From contig CAZMGG010000011.1 in the NCBI GenBank assembly GCA_964565715.1, forward strand, positions 121 through 64,120: a stretch of DNA of 64,000 nucleotides. The letters run 5' to 3'. The notes beneath the pieces are model-generated. The model ran no database searches. It had not been told where the DNA came from and saw nothing but the letters and a program-made list of their open reading frames with translations. This document shows, piece after piece, positions 1-12,196 of the stretch (position 1 is its first letter; every line of letters begins with the position of its first letter). This DNA comes from an uncultured candidatus Brocadiaceae bacterium (GTDB taxonomy: Bacteria > Planctomycetota > UBA1135 > UBA2386). The position numbers were made by a program, and so were the translations under genes.

Positions 1-846
<846 letters not shown>

Positions 847-1028
847 CAGCCCTTCTCCCTGGCAGCGGGCGGCGAGTTCGGCGAGACGGGGGGGCTGCGG
901 CACGGATGCGACTCTAGTGCGGATGAGAAAGTATTGCAACGGCGAAGAGGGCCCGGGTCGGCGGGGCGATGGGCGTAGGCGGCACGACGATGGTGGTTTT
1001 GGCCCTCGCTCCTAGGATCCGCATCCCC

Positions 1029-4000
1029 ATGTTGCGTCCCGGCCCCGCCTTCCTCGCCCGCCTCGTCCCCGGGGTGATCCTGCTGCTGCTCGCCGCCTGC
1101 GGCGAGGGCGCTCCGGACCCCGCCGGGCCCGCCGCGCTCCCGCCGGCTGGCCCGCCCCCGGCCGCCCCACGCCTGGAACTGCGCCCCGGCGACTCCATCG
1201 CCATCGTCGGCAACGGGCTCGCCGAGCAGATGCAGCACGACGGCTGGTTCGAGACCCTGCTGCACGTCCGCTTCCCCGACCACGCGCTGGTCGTGCGCAA
1301 CCTGGCGGTGGCCGGCGACGAGGTGTCGCTGCGGCCGCGGTCGAAGAACTTCGGCACGCCCGACGAGCACCTGCAGCGCTGCAAGGCCGACGTGGTGATC
1401 GCGTTCTTCGGGCGCAACGAGGCCTTCGCCGGGCCCGCCGGCCTCGATCGCTTCCGCGCCGACCTCACCGGCTGGTTGCGGCACGTGCGCGGCCAGACCT
1501 TCGGCCAGGCGCCGCCGCGGGTGGTGCTGTGCGGGCCGCTGCAGCAGGAGGCGCTGCCGGACCCGGCGCTGCCGCAGGGCGAGGTGCTCGACGCGATCAA
1601 CCAGGACCTCAGGCGCTACAGCGACGCGATGGCGGCGGTGGCGCGGGCCGAGGGCGTGCCGTTCGTCGACCTGGGCGGGCCGCCGCCCATGGCGCAGCGG
1701 AACGGCGCGCCGTGGACCAGCGATGGCGTGCGGCCGACCGCGGCCGGCAACCATCAGATCGCCGTGCGGCTCGACGCGGCGCTGTTCGGCGGCGCGGAGC
1801 CTGCCTCGCCGCACCGCGACGCGATCCGGGCTGGGGTGCTGGAGAAGAACGACCTCTGGTTCCACCGCTACCGCACCACCGACGGCTACTCGATCTTCGG
1901 CGACCGCGGCGAGCTGGCGTTCGTCGACGGCCAGACCAACCGCGAGGTGCTGAACCGCGAGCTGGAGGTGCTCGACCAGATGACCCGCAACCGGGACCGG
2001 CTGATCCACGCGCGGGCCCGGGGCCAGGAGATCGCCGACCTCGACCGGGATCTGCCGCCGTTCCTGCCGGTGAAGACCAACATCCCGGGGCCGCTGCCCG
2101 ACGGCGCCCACCGCTTCCAGACCGGCGAGGCGGCGATCGCCGACATGACCGTGCTGGACGGCCTGCAGGTGAACCTGTTCGCGTCGGAGGAGCGCTTCCC
2201 GGCCCTGGTCAATCCCAACCAGATGGCGGTGGATCCGCGCGGGCGGGTCTGGGTGACCGCCTGGCCGACCTATCCGCACTGGCAACCGCGGCAGCCGCGC
2301 AACGACAAGCTGCTGATCCTGCCGGACGACGACGGCGACGGCCGCGCCGACCGTTGCATCGAGTTCGCCAGCGACCTGCACAACCCGACCGGTTTCGACT
2401 TCTGGAACGGCGGCGTGCTGGTGGCGCAGGTGCCCGATCTGTGGTTCCTGCAGGACACCGACGGCGACGACGTCGCCGACCGGCGGGAACGGGTGCTGTC
2501 GGGGCTCGACTCCGCCGACACCCATCACTCGATCAACAGCTTCGTGTTCTCGCCGGGCGGCATCCTCTACTTCCAGGAGGGCACGTTCCACCACACCGGC
2601 GTCGAGACGCCGTGGAGCGGCGCGGTGCGCAGCTTCAACGCCGGCGTGTTCGCCTTCGATCCGCGCAGCCGGCGGTTCGAGGTCCATGCCGCCTATCCGT
2701 TCGCCAATCCGCACGGCCACGTGGTGGACCGCTGGGGCCAGGGCTTCGTGACGGACGGCACCGGCGCGGTGCCCTACTGGGGGACCTCGATCTCGGTGCA
2801 CGTCGAGCACCCGCGCAAGCTCGGTGGCGCGCCGACGGTCTACCGGCAGCGCACGCGGCCGTGTCCGGGCACCGCGATCCTGTCGAGCAGCCACTTCCCG
2901 CCTTCGATGCAGGGCGAGTGGCTGGTGGCCAACGTGATCGGCGTGCTGGGCGTGCTGCGCTATCGCCTGCACGACGACGGTGCGGGCTACACCGCCACCG
3001 AGCAGCCGCCGCTGCTCACCTCGCGCGACCCGAACTTCCGGCCGGCGGACGTCGACATCGGCGGCGATGGCGCGATCTACCTCGCCGACTGGCACAACCC
3101 GATCATCGGCCACATGCAGCACAACCTGCGCGATCCGAGCCGCGACAAGGCGCATGGCCGGGTCTACCGGGTGACCGTCGCCGACCGGGCGCCGCGGCAG
3201 GCGCCGGACACCAGCAAGGCGGGCGAGGGCGAATTGGTGGCGCTGCTGGCCGATCCCGACGAGCCGGTGCGCTACCGGGCGCGGGCGGAACTGTCGGCGC
3301 GGCCGACGGCGGCGGTGCTGGCGGCGGTGGCTGCCTGGCTGCCGTCGGCGCTGGCCGCGGAGCAGGCAGGCGTGCATCCGCGGTTGGAGGCGTTGTGGCT
3401 GCAGCAGCGCTGCGGCGCCGTCGACGAGGCGCTGCTGGCGACGGTGCTGGCCGACGCCGATCCGCGGGCGCGGGCGGCGGCGGTGAAGGTGCTGGTGGAG
3501 ACGCGGCACGGCCGCCAGGACCTGCTGGAACGGCTGCGCCCGCTGGTCGCCGATCCGCACCCGCGGGTGCGGGCCGAGGCGGTGCGCGGCTGCAGCTTCG
3601 TGCCGTCGGCCCAGGCCGCCGAGGTGGCGCTCGGTGCTGCCGCACAGCCGCTCGACCGCTGGCTCACCTACATCCTGCGCGAGACGCTGAAGACGCTCGA
3701 GCCGCGCTGGCGCGAGGCGATCCGGCTCGGCGCGTTCGCGCCGCCGGCGGCCGGGCTGGCCTGGCTGCTCGACATGGTCGAGACCGCCGACCTTGTGCAG
3801 CTGCCGAAGACCGACGAGGTGTGCGAGGCGCTGCTGCAGCGCGCCGGCGTGCCGGCGGCGGCGCGCCGCGACGCGCTGCGAGTCCTCGCCGAACGGCAGG
3901 GTCGGACGCCGCTCCTCGAACTGCTGGCGCGCCTGCAGGCGCTGCCGGCGTCGGCGCCCGCCGCCGCCGACCTGGGGGCGCTGCTGCTCGGCGAGGACGA

Positions 4001-5366
4001 GGCCGCGCTGCGGGCCGAGGCGGCGGCGATCGAGGCGCTCGGCCGCGGCGCCGCGCAGCCGGCGGTGCGGGCGGCCTGCCACGCGGTGGCGCTGCGGCTC
4101 GCCGCCGATCCGGCGCCGGTCTGGGACGCCGCGGCAGGCGACGGTCGGCTGGGTGACCTGCTGGCCGGCGTGGCGCTCGGCAGAGGGCTGGCGGCGCCGG
4201 ACGCGGTGTGGGAGCGCGTGCAGCCGCTGCTGCGACAGGCCGATGGCGCGGCCGCGCCGACGCCGGGCGTGGCCTTCCAGCTCTACCGCGCGCCCGCGTT
4301 CCCCGACGTGCGGCAGGAGACCCTGTCGGCGCTGACGCCGGTGGCCACCGGCGTCGTCCCGCACTTCACCCAGCAGGTGCCGGGCGCCGACTTCGAGCCC
4401 TACGGCCTGCAGCTCCGCGCCACCCTGCACGTGCCCAACGACGGCCGCTACACCCTGTTCGTGGCCTCCGACGACGGCTCGCGCCTCTACCTGGACGGCC
4501 AGGAGCTGATCCAGAACGACGGCCCGCACGGCATCGTCGAGAAGCGGGCGGCCCGCGATCTGACGGCCGGGCCGCACGACCTGCTGGTGACCTGGTCGGA
4601 TCACGGCGGCGCCGACCACCTGACGGTGTCGTGGGCGGGGCCGGACCTGGGCAAGCAGCCGATCCCGGCCAGCGCGCTCACCGTGAACGACCCGCTCGGC
4701 CAGCGGCGCGCGGCCATCGCCGCGGCGGCGGTCCTGGCGCCGGGCCGGCCGGCGGCGGTGACCGAGCTGACCGCGTTGCTGGCCGAGCCGGCCCTGCGCG
4801 GCGCGGCCCTGGCGGCGCTGCGCCGGCTCGACTGCGAGCACCTGCCGCCGGAACTGGCGCGGCCCCTGCTGGCGGCGTTGCAGGCCCTGCTGCCCGGCGC
4901 CGACGAGGACGCCATCGCGCTCGGCCTGCGCGTCTGCCGCGCCGTGCCGGAGAGCGAGGCCGCGCCGCTGCGCGAGGCGTTCGGCCGGCTCGAACCGCAA
5001 CGCATCGAGCTGCGCACCCTGCCCGAGCGGATGCGCTACGACAAGGAGCAGTTCACCGTGCGCGCCGGCCGGCCGGTGCGCCTGCGCCTGCAGAACCCCG
5101 ACGCGATGATGCACAACCTGCTGATCGTGCAGCCGGGCGCGCTGGAGGCGATCGGCACGCTGGCCGAGGCGCTGGGCCAGGACGGCTTCGCGAAGGACTT
5201 CGTGCCGGCCGATCCGCGCGTGCTGCACCACACGAAGCTGCTGCAGCCCGGCGCCAGCGAGGTGCTGGAGTTCACCGCGCCGGGCGTGCCCGGCGACTAT
5301 CCCTACGTCTGCACCTTCCCTGGCCACTGGCGCATCATGCAGGGCGTGATGCACGTCGTGCCGTGA
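1029..5366 (+). CDS. giant secreted multidomain protein: SGNH hydrolase, beta-propeller (membrane-bound dehydrogenase-like), HEAT repeats, PA14, C-terminal cupredoxin
   Basis: Lipoprotein-type leader (LLLLAACGEG). GDSIAIVGNGLAEQ is an SGNH block I. ARM/HEAT-like helical repeats are present (DPRARAAAVKVL, DPHPRVRAEAVRG). PA14-like segment: RATLHVPNDGRYTLFVASDDGSRLYLDG. The terminal YPYVCTFPGHWRIMQG is the azurin/plastocyanin Cu-ligand motif C-x4-H-x3-M. I found no CxxCH. Confidence 0.8.
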   Translation: MLRPGPAFLARLVPGVILLLLAACGEGAPDPAGPAALPPAGPPPAAPRLELRPGDSIAIVGNGLAEQMQHDGWFETLLHVRFPDHALVVRNLAVAGDEVSLRPRSKNFGTPDEHLQRCKADVVIAFFGRNEAFAGPAGLDRFRADLTGWLRHVRGQTFGQAPPRVVLCGPLQQEALPDPALPQGEVLDAINQDLRRYSDAMAAVARAEGVPFVDLGGPPPMAQRNGAPWTSDGVRPTAAGNHQIAVRLDAALFGGAEPASPHRDAIRAGVLEKNDLWFHRYRTTDGYSIFGDRGELAFVDGQTNREVLNRELEVLDQMTRNRDRLIHARARGQEIADLDRDLPPFLPVKTNIPGPLPDGAHRFQTGEAAIADMTVLDGLQVNLFASEERFPALVNPNQMAVDPRGRVWVTAWPTYPHWQPRQPRNDKLLILPDDDGDGRADRCIEFASDLHNPTGFDFWNGGVLVAQVPDLWFLQDTDGDDVADRRERVLSGLDSADTHHSINSFVFSPGGILYFQEGTFHHTGVETPWSGAVRSFNAGVFAFDPRSRRFEVHAAYPFANPHGHVVDRWGQGFVTDGTGAVPYWGTSISVHVEHPRKLGGAPTVYRQRTRPCPGTAILSSSHFPPSMQGEWLVANVIGVLGVLRYRLHDDGAGYTATEQPPLLTSRDPNFRPADVDIGGDGAIYLADWHNPIIGHMQHNLRDPSRDKAHGRVYRVTVADRAPRQAPDTSKAGEGELVALLADPDEPVRYRARAELSARPTAAVLAAVAAWLPSALAAEQAGVHPRLEALWLQQRCGAVDEALLATVLADADPRARAAAVKVLVETRHGRQDLLERLRPLVADPHPRVRAEAVRGCSFVPSAQAAEVALGAAAQPLDRWLTYILRETLKTLEPRWREAIRLGAFAPPAAGLAWLLDMVETADLVQLPKTDEVCEALLQRAGVPAAARRDALRVLAERQGRTPLLELLARLQALPASAPAAADLGALLLGEDEAALRAEAAAIEALGRGAAQPAVRAACHAVALRLAADPAPVWDAAAGDGRLGDLLAGVALGRGLAAPDAVWERVQPLLRQADGAAAPTPGVAFQLYRAPAFPDVRQETLSALTPVATGVVPHFTQQVPGADFEPYGLQLRATLHVPNDGRYTLFVASDDGSRLYLDGQELIQNDGPHGIVEKRAARDLTAGPHDLLVTWSDHGGADHLTVSWAGPDLGKQPIPASALTVNDPLGQRRAAIAAAAVLAPGRPAAVTELTALLAEPALRGAALAALRRLDCEHLPPELARPLLAALQALLPGADEDAIALGLRVCRAVPESEAAPLREAFGRLEPQRIELRTLPERMRYDKEQFTVRAGRPVRLRLQNPDAMMHNLLIVQPGALEAIGTLAEALGQDGFAKDFVPADPRVLHHTKLLQPGASEVLEFTAPGVPGDYPYVCTFPGHWRIMQGVMHVVP

Positions 5367-5401
5367 GCCGTCCGCCCGACTTTCCTGCCCGCCGAGGTTC
5401 C

Positions 5402-6883
5402 ATGCCGCACCCGACCATCGCCCTCCTGCTGCTGTCCGCGCTGCTCCCGGCGTCGCTGCCCGCCCAGGATCCCTGGGTCGTCTACCCGGGCAGCGGCGGC
5501 GTCGGCGCCGGCCGCAAGGTCGTGCTGGTCGCCGGCGACGAGGAATACCGCTCCGAGGAGGCGTTGCCGGCGCTGGGCCGGATCCTGGCGATCCGGCACG
5601 GCTTCCACTGCACGGTGCTGCTGCCGATCGACCCGCAGACCGGCATCGTCCAGCCCAACGTCCGCACCAACATCCCGGGCCTGCAGGCGCTGGCCGAGGC
5701 CGACGTGATGGTGATCGCCACGCGCTTCCGCGACCTGCCCGACGCGCAGATGGCGCACATCGACGCGTTCCTGCGGCGGGGCGGTGCGGTGCTGGGGCTG
5801 CGCACGGCCACCCACGCCTTCCAGGTCGGCAGGGACCAGCCGTGGGCGCGCTACGGCAACGGCTACAACGGGCCCGAGCGGGAATGGCACGGCGGCTTCG
5901 GCCGGCTGGTGCTGGGCGAGATGTGGATCAGCCACCACGGCGCCCACGGCCGCGAGAGCACCCGCGGCGTGCTGGCGCCCGACGCCAAGGGGCATCCGAT
6001 CCTGCGCGGGCTCGCCGACGGCGACGTCTGGGGCCCGACCGACGTCTACGGCGTGCGCCTGCCGCTGCCGGGCGACAGCGCGCCGTTGCTGCTGGGCCAG
6101 GTGCTGGCCGGCATGACGCCGGACGCGGCCCCGGTGGCCGGCGAGAAGAACGAGCCGATGCTGCCGGTGGCCTGGACCCGCACCTACCAGTTGCCCGGCG
6201 GCTCGGCGGGACGGGCGGTGACGACCACCATGGGCGCCTCCCAGGACCTGCAGAGTGCCGGCACGCGCCGGTTCCTGGTGCAGGCGGTCTGCTGGCTGTG
6301 CGGGCTCGGCGAGGCGATTCCGGCCGAGGGCCTGGACGCCGGCCTGGTGGGGGGCTTCGCGCCGTCGCGCTTCGCCTTCCACAAGGACGAACACTGGGTG
6401 GCGAAGGCGCTGCGGCCCGAGCACCTGGCGATGGCGGTGCAAGACCCGGACGTCGCCACCGTCGAGGGGCTGGTGGCGGCGCTCTACGGCAGCATCTCCG
6501 GGCCGAAGGGGCAGGCCCGCGACTTCACCCGCATGCGCAAGCTGTTCGCGCCGGACGCGCGGCTGATCCCGGTGGGCGCGCCGTCGGGGCGCGGGGCCGT
6601 GCTGCCGGCGCTGACCGTCGACCAGTACATCGAGCGCTCCGGCGAGTTCCTGGTCAGCGTCGGCTTCACCGAGCGCGAGGTCGCCCGGTCCATCGACCGC
6701 TTCGGCGGCATCGCCCAGGTGTGGAGCACCTACGAGGGCAGGCGGGACGGCGACGCCGAGCCGTTCCTGCGCGGCATCAACTCGATCCAGTGCGCCTTCG
6801 ACGGCCGCCGCTGGTGGGTGACGAGCCTTGCCTGGCAGCAGGCTGGCCCCGACCTGCCGCTGCCGGCCGGCCAGGACCGCTAG
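5402..6883 (+). CDS. secreted ThuA-like (class I amidotransferase-like) domain protein with C-terminal NTF2/SnoaL-like domain
   Basis: Signal peptide MPHPTIALLLLSALLPASLPAQ. KVVLVAGDEEYRSEEALPALGRIL...VMVIATRFRDLPD is typical of the ThuA family. The C-terminal roughly 130 aa (LVAALYGSISGP...INSIQCAFDGRRWWVTSLAWQQ) looks NTF2-like. Confidence 0.7.
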   Translation: MPHPTIALLLLSALLPASLPAQDPWVVYPGSGGVGAGRKVVLVAGDEEYRSEEALPALGRILAIRHGFHCTVLLPIDPQTGIVQPNVRTNIPGLQALAEADVMVIATRFRDLPDAQMAHIDAFLRRGGAVLGLRTATHAFQVGRDQPWARYGNGYNGPEREWHGGFGRLVLGEMWISHHGAHGRESTRGVLAPDAKGHPILRGLADGDVWGPTDVYGVRLPLPGDSAPLLLGQVLAGMTPDAAPVAGEKNEPMLPVAWTRTYQLPGGSAGRAVTTTMGASQDLQSAGTRRFLVQAVCWLCGLGEAIPAEGLDAGLVGGFAPSRFAFHKDEHWVAKALRPEHLAMAVQDPDVATVEGLVAALYGSISGPKGQARDFTRMRKLFAPDARLIPVGAPSGRGAVLPALTVDQYIERSGEFLVSVGFTEREVARSIDRFGGIAQVWSTYEGRRDGDAEPFLRGINSIQCAFDGRRWWVTSLAWQQAGPDLPLPAGQDR

Positions 6884-6886
6884 CCG

Positions 6887-6919
6887 GTTCTCCACCGACT
6901 CTCCAGAGCGGTGGAGAAC
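6887..6919 (+). terminator. perfect 11-bp stem hairpin just after the ThuA-like gene stop
   Basis: gttctccaccg-actctccagag-cggtggagaac starts 4 nt after the TAG at 6881-6883. A second 6-bp hairpin cttgcc-ggt-ggcaag lies at 6941-6955. There is no U-tract, so an intrinsic terminator is only one possibility. Confidence 0.35.
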
Positions 6920-7031
6920 GTGGCCTCCGGGGATCGCCGTCTTGCCGGTGGCAAGGCACCTACCCCGCCCCTAGTGTGCGACGGCAACACCCACCCCAAC
7001 ATCACGGTCCGTTGCCAGGGAGGTTCCGATC

Positions 7032-9218
<2,187 letters not shown>

Positions 9219-9251
9219 CCCGGCGGGGGGGCCGCCGCTAACGTTCCGCCG

Positions 9252-10283
9252 ATGGACTTTCCCGCCTGGGACCCGGTGCTGCTCGACATCCCGGGGCTGC
9301 CCATCGACGTGCGCTGGTACGGGCTCATGTACGTCGTGGGCTTCGTCGTGGGTCAGATGATCCTGACCCGGCTGGCCCGCCGCGGCTTCTTCCCGATCGC
9401 GCCCGAGCGCGCCGGCGACCTGGTGCTCTACCTGGTGTTCGGCGTGATCCTCGGCGGCCGGCTGGGCTACGCGCTGTTCTACGAACAGCACCTGCTGCAT
9501 CCGGTGCGGATCTTCGAGGTCTGGCGCGGCGGGCTCGCCTTCCACGGCGGGCTGATCGGCGTCGCCGTGGCCTACTGGCTGTTCTCCCGCAAGCAGAAGC
9601 TGCCGGCGCTGCGGGTCGGCGACTGCTGCGCGCTGGCGGTGACGCCGGGCATCTTCGCGGTGCGGATGGCCAACTTCATCAACGGCGAGCTGTACGGGCG
9701 CGTCACCGAGAAGGGGGTCGGCCTGGCCATGCAGTTCCCCACCGATCCGGTGGCGATGCGGCTCCTGCACCTGTCCGAGAGCTGGACCATGCGCGACCGG
9801 GAGCTGTGCATCCAGGTGGCGTTCGGCCGGCGCTCCTGGGAGAGCGTGCAGGGACTCCTGTCGGAGGTGGACGACACCGGCCGCCGGATCGACTGGGCCA
9901 GCGTCCGCCCGCACCTCGACTGGGCGGCGATCCGGGACCAGGTGCCCTACCGGCACCCGTCGCAGCTCTACGAGGGGCTCGGCGAGGGCCTGCTGGTGGG
10001 GCTGTGCCTGCTGGTGGTGTGGCTGCTGGTCCGCAACCGCAACCCCCGGCCCGGCCTGTTCGGCGGCCTGTTCCTGATCGGCTACGCCACGGTCCGCTTC
10101 TTCATCGAGTTCCTGCGCCAGCCCGACGCCCAGTTCCGCTCGGCGGACGATCCCCTGGGCACGGTCCTGCTGGGGATGACCATGGGCCAGGTCCTGTGCG
10201 TCGGCATGGCCCTGGCGGGCGTGCTGATGTTCTGGTGGGGCGGCCGGACCCCCCGGCCGGCGGCGCCCACCACCCCGGCCTGA
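9252..10283 (+). CDS. lgt: prolipoprotein diacylglyceryl transferase
   Basis: IDVRWYGLMYVVGFVVG, GGRLGYALFY and WRGGLAFHGGLIG are Lgt signature blocks. It is polytopic. At 343 aa it is longer than E. coli Lgt because of a central insertion. Confidence 0.88.
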   Translation: MDFPAWDPVLLDIPGLPIDVRWYGLMYVVGFVVGQMILTRLARRGFFPIAPERAGDLVLYLVFGVILGGRLGYALFYEQHLLHPVRIFEVWRGGLAFHGGLIGVAVAYWLFSRKQKLPALRVGDCCALAVTPGIFAVRMANFINGELYGRVTEKGVGLAMQFPTDPVAMRLLHLSESWTMRDRELCIQVAFGRRSWESVQGLLSEVDDTGRRIDWASVRPHLDWAAIRDQVPYRHPSQLYEGLGEGLLVGLCLLVVWLLVRNRNPRPGLFGGLFLIGYATVRFFIEFLRQPDAQFRSADDPLGTVLLGMTMGQVLCVGMALAGVLMFWWGGRTPRPAAPTTPA

Positions 10284-10362
10284 CGGGATTTGCCCCTTCC
10301 GTGCTTGCGCCGGGGTGGGGGACCGCTACCCTGCTCGCCCTCCCGAACCCCCTGAACCAGCC

Positions 10363-10680
10363 ATGGCCCGAGTTTGTGCAGTCACCGGCCGCCGCACGCG
10401 GATCGGCAACCAGGTCACCCGCCGCGGTCTCGCCAAGAAGAAGGGCGGCGTCGGCCGCCGTGTCACCGGGCGCAGCAAGCGGACCTTCAAGCCGAACATC
10501 CACACCGTGCGGGTGCTGACCCCGGACGGCAGCATCGTCCGGATGAAGCTGTCGGCCAAGGCCATCAAGCGCGGGATGATCACCATCACGCAGAACGGCA
10601 AGGAAGTCAGCTTCCCGCTGGTCAAGGCGTTGCGCGGCAGCAACCGCGCGCACAGCAAGGCGCAGAAGAAGACCGGCTAG
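10363..10680 (+). CDS. rpmB: 50S ribosomal protein L28 with C-terminal extension
   Basis: MARVCAVTGRRTRIGNQVTRRG...FKPNIHTVRV...MKLSAKAIK is the L28 pattern. It has about 30 extra residues compared with my recollection of typical L28 length (about 78 aa). Confidence 0.88.
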   Translation: MARVCAVTGRRTRIGNQVTRRGLAKKKGGVGRRVTGRSKRTFKPNIHTVRVLTPDGSIVRMKLSAKAIKRGMITITQNGKEVSFPLVKALRGSNRAHSKAQKKTG

Positions 10681-12101
10681 CCGCCGCAGGCCGCCAGCAC
10701 GCGGGTCAGCAGCCCGGCCAGGTCGAAGCCGCCCCGCTGGGTGCAGCCGAGCCGCACCACCACCAGGTCCTGTTCCGGCAGCACCGCCACGTACTGCCCC
10801 TCGAAGCCGGACATCCAGGCGAGGCTGCGTGGCAGTCCGGGGAACGGCCGATCCTCGGGTGCCCCCTCGCGACCGGCGTTGAGCCACCAGTGCCGGCCGT
10901 AGCCGCCCCGCGGTGCACCCGGCGTCGGCGTCCAACTCCGCGCCACCCAGCCGTCGGGCAGGATCCGCACGCCGTTCCAGCTGCCGCCCCGCAGGTAGAG
11001 CAGCCCGAACCGGGCCCAGTCGCGGGCGGTGGCGAAGCCGAGCGAACTGCCGACGAAGGTCCCCGACGGGTCGGTGGCGATCACCGCCGAGCGCATGCCG
11101 ATCCGGGTGAACAGGGCCCGGCTCGGGAACGCGTGGTGGTCGGCGTCGTGGTCGAACGTCGCCCGCAGCACGCGACAGAGCAGGTTGGTGGTGCCGCTCG
11201 AGTACTGGAACCGGCTGCCCGGCGGCGCCGCCAGTTCCCTTGCCGCTGCCACCGCGCCGGCGCTGTCGCTCTGCAGCAGCATCCGCGCCACAAGGCCCTG
11301 CACGTCCTGGTAGTCCTCGCTCCAGGCCAGGCCCGACTGCATGCGCAGCAGGTCGTCGAGGCGCAGCGCCCGCCGCGGGTCGTCGGGCTCGCTCCACTCG
11401 GGCACCGGCAGCGGTGCTCCCGGATCGAGGCGATCCTGGGCCACGCGGATGCCGACCAGCGCGTCGACCACGCTCTTGGTCATCGACCAGCCCGGCAGCG
11501 GCATCGCCGCATGGAAGCCCTCGGCGTAGCGTTCGCAGATGAGCCGGCCGCGGTGCAGCACGACCACGGCGCGGGTGCGGACGGGGCCGCCCGCCCGTTC
11601 GACGAAGGCATCCGCCACCGCCTGCTCCAGCGCCGCACGGTCCACCTCCGCCGGCCACGGCAGGTCCGGCAGCCGCTCGCCGTCGGGCCACGGCACGCCC
11701 GCCGGATCGAAGCCGGGGTCCGCCGGCACCACCGCCCGCGCCCGCAGTTCGGCCACGCTGCGCTGGCCCTGCAGCACGCAGCCGAGCCCCTCGACGAACA
11801 CGGCGGTGGCGCTCGCCTGGCCGAGCCTCGCGGTCAGCGTCCCGCCCGCGCGATCCACCTCGAAGCGGACCAGCGGGCCGATCAGCGCGTTGAGGGCGGT
11901 GTCCGGCGCCAGTTCCTGGGCGCGCACCGAGTCCAGCTCGCGGCCCGACACGAACACCGCCGAGCCCGCCACCAGGGCGGCGTAGGCCGCGCCGACCTTC
12001 GCCACGTCCGCCGGTGCCGCCGCCGGCTTCGGCTCCTGGGCCCCGAGCAGTCCCAGGCACGACGGCAACAGGGCGAGCGCGAGCAGGCGGTGACACGGCA
12101 T
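10677..12101 (-). CDS. secreted serine hydrolase, beta-lactamase/transpeptidase-like family
   Basis: Signal peptide MPCHRLLALALLPSCLGLLGAQ. SMTKSVV is the S-x-x-K active-site motif. Its stop overlaps the rpmB stop by 4 nt in convergent orientation. Confidence 0.8.
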   Translation of the reverse strand: MPCHRLLALALLPSCLGLLGAQEPKPAAAPADVAKVGAAYAALVAGSAVFVSGRELDSVRAQELAPDTALNALIGPLVRFEVDRAGGTLTARLGQASATAVFVEGLGCVLQGQRSVAELRARAVVPADPGFDPAGVPWPDGERLPDLPWPAEVDRAALEQAVADAFVERAGGPVRTRAVVVLHRGRLICERYAEGFHAAMPLPGWSMTKSVVDALVGIRVAQDRLDPGAPLPVPEWSEPDDPRRALRLDDLLRMQSGLAWSEDYQDVQGLVARMLLQSDSAGAVAAARELAAPPGSRFQYSSGTTNLLCRVLRATFDHDADHHAFPSRALFTRIGMRSAVIATDPSGTFVGSSLGFATARDWARFGLLYLRGGSWNGVRILPDGWVARSWTPTPGAPRGGYGRHWWLNAGREGAPEDRPFPGLPRSLAWMSGFEGQYVAVLPEQDLVVVRLGCTQRGGFDLAGLLTRVLAACGG

Positions 12102-12196
12102 GCCGGAACCATAGCCGCGACCCCGCGCGCGCCGGCTTGTGCGTTCCCGGCCACCCACTACGCTGGCCGCGCCCGCCTGCCCCGCGAGGTCCGACC

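Noticed and set aside
847-1028. Fur/PerR box in the fur-katG upstream region (the slightly AT-richer gatgcgactctagtgcggatgagaaagtattgc).
   Set aside because: I could find no clear inverted repeat matching the TTATAAT-N-ATTATAA type or a 19-bp Fur consensus. The evidence is too weak to annotate.
6920-7031. Sigma-54 (-24/-12) promoter or glutamine-riboswitch-like element upstream of the type III glutamine synthetase.
   Set aside because: The TGGCA-containing stretch (ggtggcaaggcacc) does not have the GG-N10-GC spacing. I could not fold a recognisable glnA RNA motif. Only simple hairpins are present.
9221-9237. Hairpin cggcgg-ggggg-ccgccg after glnN as a terminator.
   Set aside because: It has only a 6-bp stem, a G-only loop and no U-tract. 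Such structures occur by chance in GC-rich DNA.
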